A stretch of 64,000 nt of DNA. Source: Eledone cirrhosa (lineage: Eukaryota). Within the stretch, counting starts at the first letter, position 1. Every line of letters starts with the position of its first letter. Below, one piece after another: positions 1-12,927 of this stretch. Below the pieces are notes generated by a model. It saw only the letters and a program-made list of their open reading frames with translations, searched no databases and was not told where the DNA came from. The translations under genes were made by a program, and so were the position numbers. Where the stretch lies: the NCBI GenBank assembly GCA_964016885.1, contig OZ024746.1, positions 96,224,001 to 96,288,000 of the forward strand, read 5' to 3'.

Positions 1-530
1 TAGTAAGGATCAAACCGCCAGCCTCGTTCGAAAACGAAAGAGGCAGTTTTCCTCTGTACAGTGGCTATGGTGAAAGAGGTTATATGGTGGACGAGATTGA
101 GAGGACTGAGGACAGATGCCTTTCTCTCCGGACAACAATTGATTCCCTTCTTTAAGTATCACTTTAGAAGGAGAATCAGGGTGGAGAGAGAGGCACTGCA
201 CCCCAGTAAATTTACTGAAAGGTGGGTGAATGAAGCGAAAAGGCCCGAGTGATTGGGCCTTCTCTGTTTATAAGCCTGTAGGTTGAAGAAGAGAGCAAAA
301 GGAAGAAAGGAGCACTTGCACAACACGCTCCTGAAGTGGAGGGTTGTTCTATCGATGGGGTATTAAACAACCCATTTGTGGCACTTCCCCCCTATTGGGG
401 ATTTCGATTGTTGTAATTGTTTGTTTTTATATTTTTTACACGACTCTATGTAAAATCCCCGGCACGTCTTTGTATTGTCCCCGTTTCTTGTGCGCCCTTG
501 TGGCAAATAGAGAAATATATCTAAAAAGAG
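1..530 (+). mobile_element. 3' end of an L1/Tx1-like LINE (ORF2 C-terminus plus 3' UTR)
   Basis: Translation VKEVIWWTRL...FFKYHFRRRIRVEREAL..SKFTERW resembles the Tx1-type ORF2 C-terminus. An A-rich end lies near 505-530. Confidence 0.55.
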
Positions 531-980
531 AAAGACTAAGAATTATAGAGAGAGATCACTAAATCGCCTAATTGAAAATTTGAATTTTATTTTGCTCAAA
601 ACACTCACAGGACCATAAGTATTACATGTGTAAAGTTTGAAAACAATCGGTTGGGCGGTTCTCGAGTTTTAGGGGGACAAACAGACTGACAGACATTCTC
701 TGTTTTAGATATTATAATATATACTATGTATAAATATCATATATTTTTTTTTAATTTTACTATATTCATATATATGTATCATGTTCATATTTAATATACT
801 ATTATATCATCTCTACCGTCCCAGCACTCCCTTGGACCTTCTCAACGCCACTACCCCGGGGGTAGGGGTTAGCGCCCACTTTGAGAACCTCTGCACTACA
901 TAGTCAATACACATCTATGTCAATCATATGTACGACCCTCCACACCATATTGAATATTTTCCTCAGCACCATTATGCAGC

Positions 981-1238
981 AGTGATGGTTAGTGATGGTT
1001 AGTGATGTTTAGTGATGGTTAGTGATGGTTAGTGATGTTTAGTGATGCTTAGTGATGGTTAGTGATGTTTAGTGATGCTTAGTGATGGTTAGTGATGGTT
1101 AGTGATGGTTAGTGATGTTTAGTGATGGTTAGTGATGGTTAGTGATGGTTAGTGATGGTTAGCGATGTTTAGCGATGGTTAGCGATGGTTAGTGATGGTT
1201 AGTGATGGTTAGTGATGTTTAGTGATGGTTAGTGATGT
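981..1238. repeat. 10-bp minisatellite (AGTGATGGTT)n
   Basis: About 25 tandem units seen directly. Confidence 0.95.
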
Positions 1239-1515
1239 TCCAACCGACAAGCTGAGGCCATACTGGAGCACCACCATATATTACTGTATTACGTGTTCCA
1301 GCTGACAGGCTGAGGCCATACTGGGGCACCGCTATATATTACTCTATTACATGTTCCTGCTGACAGGCTGAGGCCATACTGGGGCACCGCTATATATTAC
1401 TCTATTACATGTTCCTGCTGACAGGCTGAGGCCATACTGGGGCACTGCTATATATTACTCTATTACATGTTCCAGCTGACAGGCTGAGGCCATGCTGGGG
1501 CACCGCTATATATAT
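1239..1515. repeat. 58-bp tandem repeat, about 5 copies
   Basis: GCTGACAGGCTGAGGCCATACTGGGGCACCGCTATATATTACTC... recurs every 58 bp. Confidence 0.9.
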
Positions 1516-1629
1516 TGATCACAGGAAATTATATGTTAAATTATAAGTTAATTGGGGATCCAGCCAGATCAGTTGGAGACGGTCGCTTCTGATAGGAGTG
1601 TTTGTGGGCTCTTCCCCCATGACCCCTCC

Positions 1630-1918
1630 TTCTTCTTCTTCTTGCTCACAATGAGAAAATTAGTTCTTGTTCGCCCACTTATTCCTGGAAGGGTCGTGGA
1701 AGCAGAGCCCTCAAAGACTCCTTCCAGCAGGTCCTGTCAGAGGCAACCGTCTCCAACTGATCTGGATGGATCTCCAGGCGAGACCAGCCAAGCTCATGGA
1801 TGTTATCCAACCATCTTGCTTGGGGTCTACTTCTGGGTATTCTGTCGATTTGTTTTGCCCATAAAATCTGTCCAGCAATTCTTTCCCGAGACATACTAAC
1901 CACATGCTCATAATATCA
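1630..1918 (-). mobile_element. RTE-clade LINE 3' fragment (family R2)
   Basis: MSRERIAGQIL...RPQARWLDNI...ASDRTCWK translation and an (AAG)n tail. The same family occurs at 14155-15580(+), 19390-19750(-) and 35010-35305(-). Confidence 0.75.
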
Positions 1919-2252
1919 GAGCTTATTTAAGAGCTACTGAGATCACAGATTAAAATACTTAGAGCAAGACATACTCTCGGGTCCCAAATAATGGGTGAGT
2001 GGGGTCGGTAATTTTTCCGTTGAATTTTTTTTTAAAACCAGAATTAGTCATTTAGTTTACATATTAAGACCCCCAACTCAACCTATTTATTTTATAATGT
2101 ATGGGATTTCTAGTAATGTACTTTTGTGTTATGTATAATGTTTTTTAATGTCTAAAGAAAATTGACGCAGGAATGCTATTTCGAAGGAGATAGATTAGCA
2201 AATTTTAATAAGCAGAGCGGGGAGGGGGGGGGGGGGGTCCGAGACCCTGGAG

Positions 2253-2573
2253 CAGAGGTTCTCAAACTTTTGGAGCAACCGGCCCCCTCACGGCCATGTA
2301 ATACCCTCAGCGCCCCCAAGCCTGTTTCCAGAGAGACCTGGCTACATGCAAATTGTAAATAATATATAATAAATAATGTAATATATACTATGTATAAATA
2401 AATTTTACTATATTTATATATACTGTGTATATATATTTATTTACGTAAAGTGTGGAGTGTATGTGCATAAACACCTACTCAGCGTGCTGTATTATTGCAG
2501 TACTGTGTTAGCTCAATGTACATAGGCAGAGCCGTTATATGCAAAAGAATAGTGCCCAGTTTGAGAACCTCTG
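2253..2573. mobile_element. Non-autonomous DNA transposon (hAT-like MITE)
   Basis: 16-bp TIR CAGAGGTTCTCAAACT / AGTTTGAGAACCTCTG. Related fragments at about 700-893 and 5925-6385. No TSD recognised. Confidence 0.65.
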
Positions 2574-4502
2574 TATGAAACGTAAACACATTGTATCATC
2601 TGCTATATACACCTCTATTGTGAATCATGCTGTGTTAGTGCTACTACTAATTAGACCCAGTTTTAAACATGTTTCTTGATTGTATCTAGTTCAAATTCCA
2701 CTTGGATTGATTTTCTTCCTCTCTCTTTCTCTCTTTCTCTCTCCACGTCCCCACCTCCTCTCTCTCTCTCTCTCTTCCTCCTCGTTCCCCCCTCTCCCCC
2801 CCCATTCTCTCTCTTCCTCCTCGTCCTCGTTTCCCCCCTCTTCTCCCTCTTCCTTTCCCCCCTCTTCTCCCTCTTCCTCCTCGTCCCCTCCCTCTTCCCC
2901 CTCGTTCCTCCTGTTGTAGGTTATAAGCACGTGCAACAACAACAAAAATCAATTGTTGATTTGACAGTCCTACATTACAGGCTGTGACAGTGGGAGGTTG
3001 GTTCTTCTGTGGTCAAACCTGGTGTATATAAGACAGAATGTACAGCTACATTACAGGCTGTGACAGTGGGAGGTTGGTTCTTCTGTGGTCAGACCTGGTG
3101 TATATAAGAATGTACAACTACATTACATTGCAGCCTGATGTACAAGCTACATGAACTTTGATAACTGAATATATAAAGTAGAATTTATATGGTTATGTTT
3201 GCTAACATTTTATAAAGTAGAATTTATGTGGTAATGCTGGGTAACATTTTATAAAGTAGTATTTATGTGGTAGTGTTGGGTAACATTTTATAAAGTAGAA
3301 TTTATGTGGTAGTGTCTGTTAGTAGGAGTGTTTGAGGACTCTGCTCTCCCTGGGATAAGTGGGCAAAGAAAAAGAACACAGTTCTTATCGCTGTATATAT
3401 ATTACAGATTCTCTGAAATTCTTAAGATAGACTCTTGCATTGACATGTATTTCAAGTTCTAATTTGTGCCTGAGAGTGACTGGAGAGATTATAAAAACAG
3501 AGGCACCTATTATTTTGGTGGTTTTGAAAAAATAAAAGGAAAGGAACCATTTATCAGACCTAAGGACACAATACTTCCATTACTGATAATATCTGCCAGT
3601 TTCAACTTTTGGCAGAAACAGCAATAGAAACTAAAGTATTTTGCTCAAGAACACAATGTACTGCCCAATGCAAGAATTGAAGCCCTGTCCTTATAAACAT
3701 GAGTCCAATGCCCTATATACTAGGCCAGGCCAGGCATGTCAAACTGGGGGGCCACATGGGTCACATGGGTCACATATGTGTTGTCTGAGGGCCACACATG
3801 ACAACTAATATTTTTTATTTTATATTATGCTCATGCTGTAAAAACCTTTCTGCAGGCCACAGATGTGCTTGTAAAGAGCGGCATGTTTGACTTGCTTGCA
3901 TTAGACCACATACCTTCTCATTAGGGTCTTAAATATTAGTGTTGCACAATATAGAGATTTGAAACCCTTTTGATATCATATTTCTAATAATATATACACC
4001 CATGCAAGCATAGAAGAATTGACACTAATGGAAATGATGATGACGATGATGATGATCATGTGTTTCAATTAATTTTGAAAATAACTAAAAACCAGAGAAA
4101 TTTAGTACAATAGCTAATTTTTTCATTATTAAACTGATGTTTGAGCATTACTTAACAAAATCCATTTACATAAAATTATGATGGAAGTGATCATATTTAT
4201 GTTAATTTAGTATAAATTTAATTTAAACAACTAAACTTACTTTAAAACAAACAGCTTTGTATCACAGAAACAAAAGCTGTTTTAAGCCTTTACCATTTAC
4301 ATTACTCTATATATAGTTACATTTTATTGGTAAGGGCTTTACCTCACATAATATTGAATCTATGAGGTTTTGAGATAAATACCTTAACATCAGTATGAGC
4401 AGCTGGTTATGCCTGGTTTGAACATAAAGAGGTGCGAGAATTCTGGCCAGATATGGCCGGTTAATGCTAAAGGGTTAAGCAAGTTAATATCAAAAGGGTT
4501 AA

Positions 4503-4957
4503 CCCTTTCATTAGTGTATTTCTAATGAAAGTCACTGCCTATAAATGTCAAATAATTTTTTGGATACTCTAGAATTTAGGGGATTAAGTAATATAAGTAA
4601 TTTTCTCATTATTAACCCTTCAGCATTTACATTACTCTATCAACTATTGTATTTTTGAGGTAAAGGCTTTATCTCATATAATATTGAATCTATGCGATTT
4701 TTATATTACTTATTTAGAGAACAATACCTTAACATCAGTATGAGTGACCAGTTTGAACAGAAAGAGGTGAGAGAATTCTGGCCAGATACAGCTGGTTTAA
4801 ATGCTAAAGGGTTAAGCTGGTGTTTGGAGCATGACTTAATAAATGTTCTTATATGAAATTGTAATGGAAAGATTTTAGATAAATTTGAATATTTTAAAAT
4901 AAAAAGCTTTGTATCATAGAAACCTGGGCAGTTTCATGCAGTTTGGTATCAAAAGGG
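4503..4957 (+). mobile_element. TTAA-flanked piggyBac-like MITE family B containing a family A copy (4616-4811)
   Basis: ttaa|CCCTTTCAT...CAAAAGGG|ttaa, with a nested ttaa|CCCTT..AATGCTAAAGGG|ttaa. Confidence 0.8.
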
Positions 4958-5376
4958 TTAAACAATATAATTGACATTGGTGGCTTTTTGACTGTTTAGG
5001 ACGTACACAACATTGGATTAGAATAAAGATTGTTCTTGACTTCAGCTAGTTCTTGTCTCAGTACAAAAATTAATTTCAAAATGTTTACTACAAAATTTTT
5101 TTTTATTCTTGTGTAAATGTTCTGTTTTATCCCAAAATATTTTATCTTAGAATCTCTTGTGAAGTTTCCATAAATGGTAGCCTAAAGTTCAGTTATATAA
5201 GTAAACATTACAAATAAACATACATGCTCTTCCCCTCCTTTTTCTCTCATTTATGGCATTTATGGTCCTTCCCAATGCCATAAATGAGAGAAAAAGGAGG
5301 GGAAGAGCAAGGACTACTAGACAAAGGAAGAAAGAAAGGGGGGAGGGTGACATACTTTACACCTAGGTTAGAGTGG

Positions 5377-5834
5377 TGTTTTGGCTGTGCCCGTGGACAA
5401 TGGCCTGCAACACATACTACAACAGCTGCCCCAGCTCGCGGGGCTACTTCCCCAGACTGGCTGCAATCGATACAATTTTATGCAGGAGGTCAGCTGTCCA
5501 GGGTCCAAAGACATCTGAGGTCTAGACAGTGCAAAGAGAAAGCGGCCAGACAAGTTCCGGTATTTGCTTGTCTTTCTGTCATCGTGAGCTGCGGTGCCGG
5601 GGTTTATGGCTGAGGTGACTAAGTTGGAGGCGGAGAACGTGTCACAGAATATCCCATCCCATCCCAGATCAGGGATTTACCTCCTTCGAAAAGGAAGAAG
5701 GTAATTCTGTCGGAACACTTGTTGTCACCCCAATCAAGGACTACTGGCTCCTGTTTTGATGGGAAGCTGACTGGGCTGTGTTGAGGCTCCTTAATATAAA
5801 GACCAATAAACAACTGCAAAGTTATGTCTCAACA
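5377..5834 (+). other. GC-richer unique block, possible solo LTR
   Basis: TGTT...AACA ends and AATAAA about 25 nt before the end. No TSD found. Confidence 0.25.
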
Positions 5835-6439
5835 TCTTTGTTATCATATTTTTAACAATTAATGTCCAATTTGTATTCTTATAGCCTTTTATATTTTCTG
5901 TTAGATCTTAGTCTAAGTCTAAAGGTTCTGAAAGTGGGCGCTATTGTCCCCCCTCCCCTCATGGGGCCTTGAGAAGGTCCAGGGGGCGCTGGAGCCAGTA
6001 GAGTAAAAGGGGGTTATTTTTACTAAGTCTGAGATAGCATGGCTATCTCAGACTTAGTACAATTCAGCTTGAGAGATTGAGAAGCTACTTTCACTTTACC
6101 AAACTCATCCGTCTCGTTGAAACCCCCTCCCCCAAAAAACCTATCTGGATTAACTGTTTTAGGGGTATACTATTGACTTCTCCAAAATGTGTTGTAAAAG
6201 AGTAAGAATAAATTTGTGTATGTAGAAAGGTCTCTTTTTTGTCAGTGGATTGGGGTATGCTATGAATTTATTATTTATGATATTATTATAGTATTGTAAA
6301 CATATGTTATAATAGTATATTAGGGGTGAGGGGCCGCTGATGGTATTACATGGTCGTGAGGTGGACGGTGGCCCCAAAAGTTTTTATGAGAACAATACCT
6401 TAACATCAGTATGAGTGACCAGTTATGGCCAGAGAAGCT

Positions 6440-6730
6440 CTAGTCTAAAGTCTATCTCGAGCTTGAAGGCTTGTCAGACCGGTGCTTATCTCGGTTTCCA
6501 TGGCATGAAACCACTGAAAGTACAAGACTCCCCCCTGGATAGGACACTAGTCCATGAAAGAGTTAAACCCCCAGTTATTACTGGTATTCATTTTCAGCTT
6601 AGTATACTGGAGCAACGTGAAATGAAGTATTTTGCTCAAGAACACAACACGCAACCCAGCCCAGAAATTGAACCCATGCCATTATTATCATAAGTACAAC
6701 ACCTTTGCCACTAGGCCATGCACCTTCACA
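6440..6730 (-). mobile_element. Octopus-type tRNA-derived SINE
   Basis: The minus strand reads GTGAAGGTGCATGGCCTAGTGG...GGTTCAATT...TGTGTTCTTGAGCAAAA (A and B boxes). Further copies at 25260-25550(-), 37225-37500(+), 57500-57760(+) and 3500-3725(-). Confidence 0.75.
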
Positions 6731-6853
6731 TGAGAAGATGGAAGCTTTCAAATCCAATGAGACAGGATTGAAACATATAAAATTAGTAAATGGGCCTTAA
6801 CTACTTATGAAGTCATAGAGGTGCTGTTCTGGCATCCATATTTATAGACTTAA

Positions 6854-9800
6854 CCCTTTAGCATTCACATTACTCTATATATACTATTGTATTTTAACAG
6901 TAAAGGCTTTACTTCACATAACATTTACATTACTCTATATATACTATTGTATTTTCACAGTAAAGGCTTTACCTCACAACATTTACATGACTCTATATAT
7001 ACTATTGTATTTTCACAGTAAAGGCTTTACCTCACATAATATCTCACATAATATTTACATTACTCTATATATATTATTGTATTGTCACAGTAAAGGCTTT
7101 ACTTCACATAACATTTATATTACTCTATATATACTATTGTATTTTAACAGTAAAGGCTTTACTTCACATAACATTTACATGACTCTATATATGCTATTGT
7201 ATTTTAACAGTAAAGGCTTTACTTCACTTAACATTTACATTACTCTATATATACTATTGTATTTTAACAGTAAAGGCTTTACTTCACATAACATTTACAT
7301 TACTCTATATATACTATTGTATTTTAACAGTAAAGGCTTTACTTCACATAACATTTACATGACTCTATATATACTATTGTATTTTAACAGTAAAGGTTTT
7401 ACTTCACATAACATTTACATTACTCTATATATACTATTGTATTGTCACAGTAAAGGCTTTACTTCACATAACATTTATATTACTCTATATATACTATTGT
7501 ATTTTAACAGTAAAGGCTTTACTTCACATAACATTTACATGACTCTATATATACTATTGTATTTTAACAGTAAAGGCTTTACTTCACATAACATTTATAT
7601 TACTCTATATATACTATTGTATTTTAACAGTAAAAGCTTTACTTCACATAACATTTACATTACTCTATATATACTATTGTATTTTAACAGTAAAGGCTTT
7701 ACTTCACATAACATTTACATTACTCTATATATACTATTGTATTTTAACAGTAAAGACTTTACTTCACATAACATTTACATTACTCTATATATACTATTGT
7801 ATTTTAACAGTAAAGGCTTTACTTCACATAACATTTACATGACTCTATATATACTATTGTATTTTAACAGTAAAGGCTTTACTTCACTTAACATTTACAT
7901 TACTCTATATATACTATTGTATTTTAACAGTAAAGGCTTTACTTCACATAACATTTACATTACTCTATATATACTATTGTATTTTAACAGTAAAGGCTAT
8001 ACTTCACATAACATTTACATGACTTTATATATACTATTGTATTTTAACAGTAAAGGTTTTACTTCACATAACATTTACATTACTCTATATATACTATTGT
8101 ATTGTCACAGTAAAGGCTTTACTTCACATAACATTTATATTACTCTATATATACTATTGTATTTTAACAGTAAAGGCTTTACTTCACATAACATTTACAT
8201 GACTCTATATATACTATTGTATTTTAACAGTAAAGGCTTTACTTCACATAACATTTATATTACTCTATATATACTATTGTATTTTAACAGTAAAAGCTTT
8301 ACTTCACATAACATTTACATTACTCTATATATACTATTGTATTTTAACAGTAAAGGCTTTACTTCACATAACATTTACATTACTCTATATATACTATTGT
8401 ATTTTAACAGTAAAAGCTTTACTTCACATAACATTTACATTACTCTATATATACTATTGTATTTTAACAGTAAAGGCTTTACTTCACATAACATTTACAT
8501 TACTCTATATATACTATTGTATTTTAACAGTAAAGGCTTTACTTCACATAACATTTACATTACTCTATATATACTATTGTATTTTAACAGTAAAGGCTTT
8601 ACCTCACATAACATTTACATGACTCTATATATACTATTGTATTTTCACAGTAAAGGCTTTACTTCACATAACATTTACATGACTCTATATATACTATTGT
8701 ATTTTCACAGTAAAGGCTTTATATCACATAACATTTACATTACTCTATATATACTATTGTATTTTAACAGTAAAGGCTTTACCTCACATAACATTTACAT
8801 TACTCTATATATACTATTGTATTTTAACAGTAAAGGCTTTACCTCACATAACATTTACATTACTCTATATATACTATTGTATTTTAACAGTAAAGGCTTT
8901 ACCTCACATAACATTTACATTACTCTATATATACTATTGTATTTTAACAGTAAAGGCTTTACCTCACATAACATTTACATGACTCTATATATACTATTGT
9001 ATTTTCACAGTAAAGGCTTTACCTCACATAACATTTACATGACTCTATATATACTATTGTATTTTCACAGTAAAGGCTTTACCTCACATAACATTTACAT
9101 TACTCTATATATACTATTGTATTTTCACAGTAAAGGCTTTACCTCACATAACATTTACATTACTCTATATATACTATTGTATTTTAACAGTAAAGACTTT
9201 ACCTCACATAACATTTACATGACTCTATATATACTATTGTATTTTCACAGTAAAGGCTTTACCTCACATAACATTTACATGACTCTATATATACTATTGT
9301 ATTTTCACAGTAAAGGCTTTACCTCACATAACATTTACATTACTCTATATATACTATTGTATTTTAACAGTAAAGGCTTTACCTCACATAACATTTACAT
9401 TACTCTATATATACTATTGTATTTTAACAGTAAAGGCTTTACCTCACATAACATTTACATTACTCTATATATACTATTGTATTTTAACAGTAAAGGCTTT
9501 ACCTCACATAACATTTACATTACTCTATATATACTATTGTATTTTAACAGTAAAGGCTATACTTCACATAACATTTACATGACTCTATATATACTATTGT
9601 ATTTTCACAGTAAAGGCTTTACTTCACATAACATTTACATTACTCTATATATACTATTGTATTTTAACAGTAAAGGCTATACTTCACATAACATTTACAT
9701 GACTCTATATATACTATTGTATTTTCACAGTAAAGGCTTTACTTCACATAACATTTACATTACTCTATATATACTATTGTATTTTAACAGTAAAGGCTTT

Positions 9801-10310
9801 ACTTCACATAACATTTACATGACTCTATATATACTATTGTATTTTCACAGTAAAGGCTTTACTTCACATAACATTTACATTACTCTATATATACTATTGT
9901 ATTTTCACAGTAAAGGCTTTACTTCACATAACATTTACATTACTCTATATATACTATTGTATTTTCACAGTAAAGGCTTTACTTCACATAACATTTACAT
10001 TACTCTATATATACTATTGTATTTTCACAGTAAAGGCATTACTTCACATAACATTTACATGACTCTATATATACTATTGTATTTTAACAGTAAAGGCTTT
10101 ACTTCACATAACATTTACATTACTCTATATATACTATTGTATTTTCACAGTAAAGGCTTTACTTCAAATAATTACTCATAATATCGAATCTATAAGATTT
10201 TTATATTATTCATTTTGAAAACACGTCAGTATGAGTGGCCGGTTGCAGCTAGTTTAAAGAGAGAGGTGAAAGAATTCTGGACGGATACGGCCGGTTTAAA
10301 TGCTAAAAGG
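6854..10310 (+). repeat. 60-bp satellite (about 55 units) inside a family A piggyBac-like MITE
   Basis: Exact 60-bp periodicity. The block starts ttaa|CCCTTTAGCATT and ends AATGCTAAAAGG|ttaa. Confidence 0.93.
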
Positions 10311-10356
10311 TTAAATTAGATATTAAAAGGAATTCTATTTTCATTTCTATTTACAG

Positions 10357-10433
10357 AACGAAACTTTTCATTCGTTTCCCTCGATTATTGTTTGCCACCG
10401 AAGATGCCTTTCAAATGAAACAAAATTCCCTTG
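10357..10433 (+). CDS. MYO1C: Myosin-IC-like exon (end of motor/converter): (R)TKLFIRFPRLLFATEDAFQMKQNSL
   Basis: ttacag acceptor and gtacgt donor. The translation matches the myosin-I converter motif TKIFIRFPKTLFATEDA. Phase 2 to 1, in frame with the next exon. Upstream exons were not found in the window. Confidence 0.93.
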
Positions 10434-10754
10434 GTACGTATATAGTTAAATTTTCTCTGTTCAATAACTTGGTATGTATATATAGTCTGTTTGCTTTTTA
10501 CGCTAACATATAGTACTCAAATTCGCTTTAACACCTCTTGAGAATATTAAATGTTCATTTTGCACGAATAACGCACTATAACCTCCTCTATATTTCAAGT
10601 CTAAGATAGTCTTTGCCTTGTGGATTAAGTGCAATAACTCCCATTCTTAGCCATAATGGTGAAGTTAAAATGAACACTTTAGTTACCAACCCAGCCAAAA
10701 CTGGCTCTGGTTCTATAAAACAAAGCCATCCATTTTAAAGAGTTTCAATTTTAA

Positions 10755-10972
10755 CCCTTTAGTATTCACATTACTCTATATATACTATTATATTTTCATG
10801 GTAAAGGCTTTACCTCGCATAATTATCTCGCATAATATCGAATCTGAGATTTTGAAAGTATTTATTTTGAGAACAATACCTTAACATCAGTTTGAGTGAC
10901 CAGTTACAGCCAGTTTCAACAGAAAGAGGTAGAGAATTCTGGCCGGTTTTGGCCGGTTTGAACATTAAAGAG
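10755..10972 (+). mobile_element. piggyBac-like MITE family A (about 200-220 bp), representative copy
   Basis: TTAA TSD with CCCTTTAGCATT/AATGCTAAAGGG-type TIRs. Other copies at about 4286, 4616, 13860(-), 15597, 18405(-), 21266(-), 24156(-), 27605, 32646, 48575, 53801 (x2), 55172 (x2), 57887, 58556, 59311, 61145 and 62983. Confidence 0.85.
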
Positions 10973-11357
10973 TTAAGTCAAATCTTCCAAAATAATTTTA
11001 TATATGAACCTTACATTACGTTACTTAAATTGTATTTAGTAATTAAATAATTAATGATTTATATAAATCCATTAAAATTCTTCATCAATTAATTAAAATA
11101 GAGTGCATTTCATTAGAAATTTGGTCATGAAAGGGTTAGACTAGCCCCCATTATCCCAAATAAAATCATTTCAACCCACTGTTTAACAAGTTGACAAGCT
11201 TAGTTTGAGATTTTTTTACTTTGACCACACTAAGAAAATTACTAATTTTCCATTACATAGTCAATACTCATCTATGCCAATCATAAGTATGTCCAACCCT
11301 TAAGGGTTAAACATCTGTAAAAATTCACTAAAGGTATATTTTGTATCTGTTTTTCAG

Positions 11358-11426
11358 CTACACAAATTCAAGCTCAATATAAGGCCCATAGGCAACAACA
11401 AGTCTACAAGAATTTACGAACTTCAG
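11358..11426 (+). CDS. MYO1C: Myosin-IC-like exon, IQ1: ATQIQAQYKAHRQQQVYKNLRTS
   Basis: tttttcag/gtaaaa splice sites, IQ motif, 69 nt, phase 1 to 1. Confidence 0.92.
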
Positions 11427-11479
11427 GTAAAATATTTATACTTCTTGGATATCTCTTAATGTATTTCATCTTATTTAAA

Positions 11480-11958
11480 CACTGTATGATGCCTGTGTGA
11501 GATGTGCAATGCTTCATGGTAGTGAAACATGGGCTGGCTGTGACTGCCAAAGACATGCTTGGACTGGAGAGAAATGAAGCAACCATGTTTTGTTGGATGT
11601 GTAATGTAAATGTGAGAGAATGGCAGAGCTTGGACGAGCTGAGGGAGAAACTAGGCTTAAGGGAAATCTGAGGTGGTGTGCAGGAGAGAAGATTGCGTTG
11701 GTATGGACATGTGATGCACATGGACAATGACCAATAGATGAAGAAATGCCAGGAAATCCTAGTGGAAGGAAGCCGCAGTAGAGGACGACCAAGAAAGACC
11801 TGGGCAGTGGTTGGGAGAGCTGACCTTAAATCGCTAAGACTGGAAGAGGAAAAGATGAAGGAATGCAACCAGTGGAGAGATGCTGTGCTGAGAAGGACCC
11901 GTCCAACCCATACAAGCATGGAAAAGCAGACGTAATGATGATGATGATGATGATGATT
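11480..11958 (+). mobile_element. RTE-clade LINE 3' fragment (family R1), degenerate
   Basis: HGSETW...ERNE..M...RRLRWYGHVM...GRPRKTW motifs with stop codons, and a (TGA)n tail. Confidence 0.85.
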
Positions 11959-12884
11959 TTGTTCTGGTCCTTTACAATCTGAGTTAAAATCCTACTGCAG
12001 TCAACTTTATCTTTCACCCTTCATTCCAGGGCTGATACAAAAAAGTACCAGTAAAGTACTAGAGTTGAGTTAGTAATGCACTGGGATAATTGCTGGCCTT
12101 GTGCCAAAAGTAGAAACAATTATTATACAACTTTTGTAGAAGGCAGGATTGAGTCCATATAAGAAAATCTTCCAAGAAGAATTGGAAATAATAAGGCTGT
12201 ATACTATGGTTGTTCTACAAAGTGAAAACAAACTTTTATTGAATTTTCTTCATAAATCACATAAAATCATTGAAGAGTTAAGAATGGTAATGATAAAAAT
12301 AATTTCTATATTTACATCATCATCATCATCATCATCATCATTGTTTTACGTCCATTTCTCCACACTGGTATGGATTAGACAAGTTGTCCTGTTGTGGGTA
12401 ATGTTAGGTCAGGTGACCATGTCTTGCACATACAGAACTGATTTGGGCTTGGTTTCTATGGCTGGATGCCTTTCCTAATGGCTACCTCATTTACAGTGAG
12501 TACTGGATGTTTTTTGTCGTGATACCTACACGACCACTTTATAGTGTAGGCTGGGTGCATTTTACTGTGTCACCATCACGACCACTTTACAGTGTTTCAG
12601 CCTGTCCTCATGAGGGTGGGATGGGGTGGTGCATACTGTATATATGCTTCAGCTTTGGCCTGTGCTTGTGGGAAGTCGGGTCTTCTGTATTACCACATGC
12701 TTTCAAAACTCATGTACAGTGTGTGTGTGTGTGTGTGTGTGGAGGCTGAGCAGTCTAGAATTCATGGAACACGTATGGAAGATGTAAAAAAAGATAGGGA
12801 GATAAAATGTTCATAAGGTTCTAAAATGTTTTCATTCATGTCAGAAATCAGTGTTTTTTGCCAATGATGTTTTCTGCCTATGTC

Positions 12885-12927
<43 letters not shown>

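Noticed and set aside
2920-3125. Possible upstream myosin exon after the long pyrimidine tract
   Set aside because: All frames hit stops or lack the expected YKxLCPxTWP...GR sequence. The region is a short tandem duplication. The preceding exon is probably outside the window.
6987-10181. 1064-aa ORF
   Set aside because: It is the translation of a 60-bp satellite within a MITE. A unit length divisible by 3 with no stop gives a spurious ORF. The same applies to the 72-bp array at 19798-21091.
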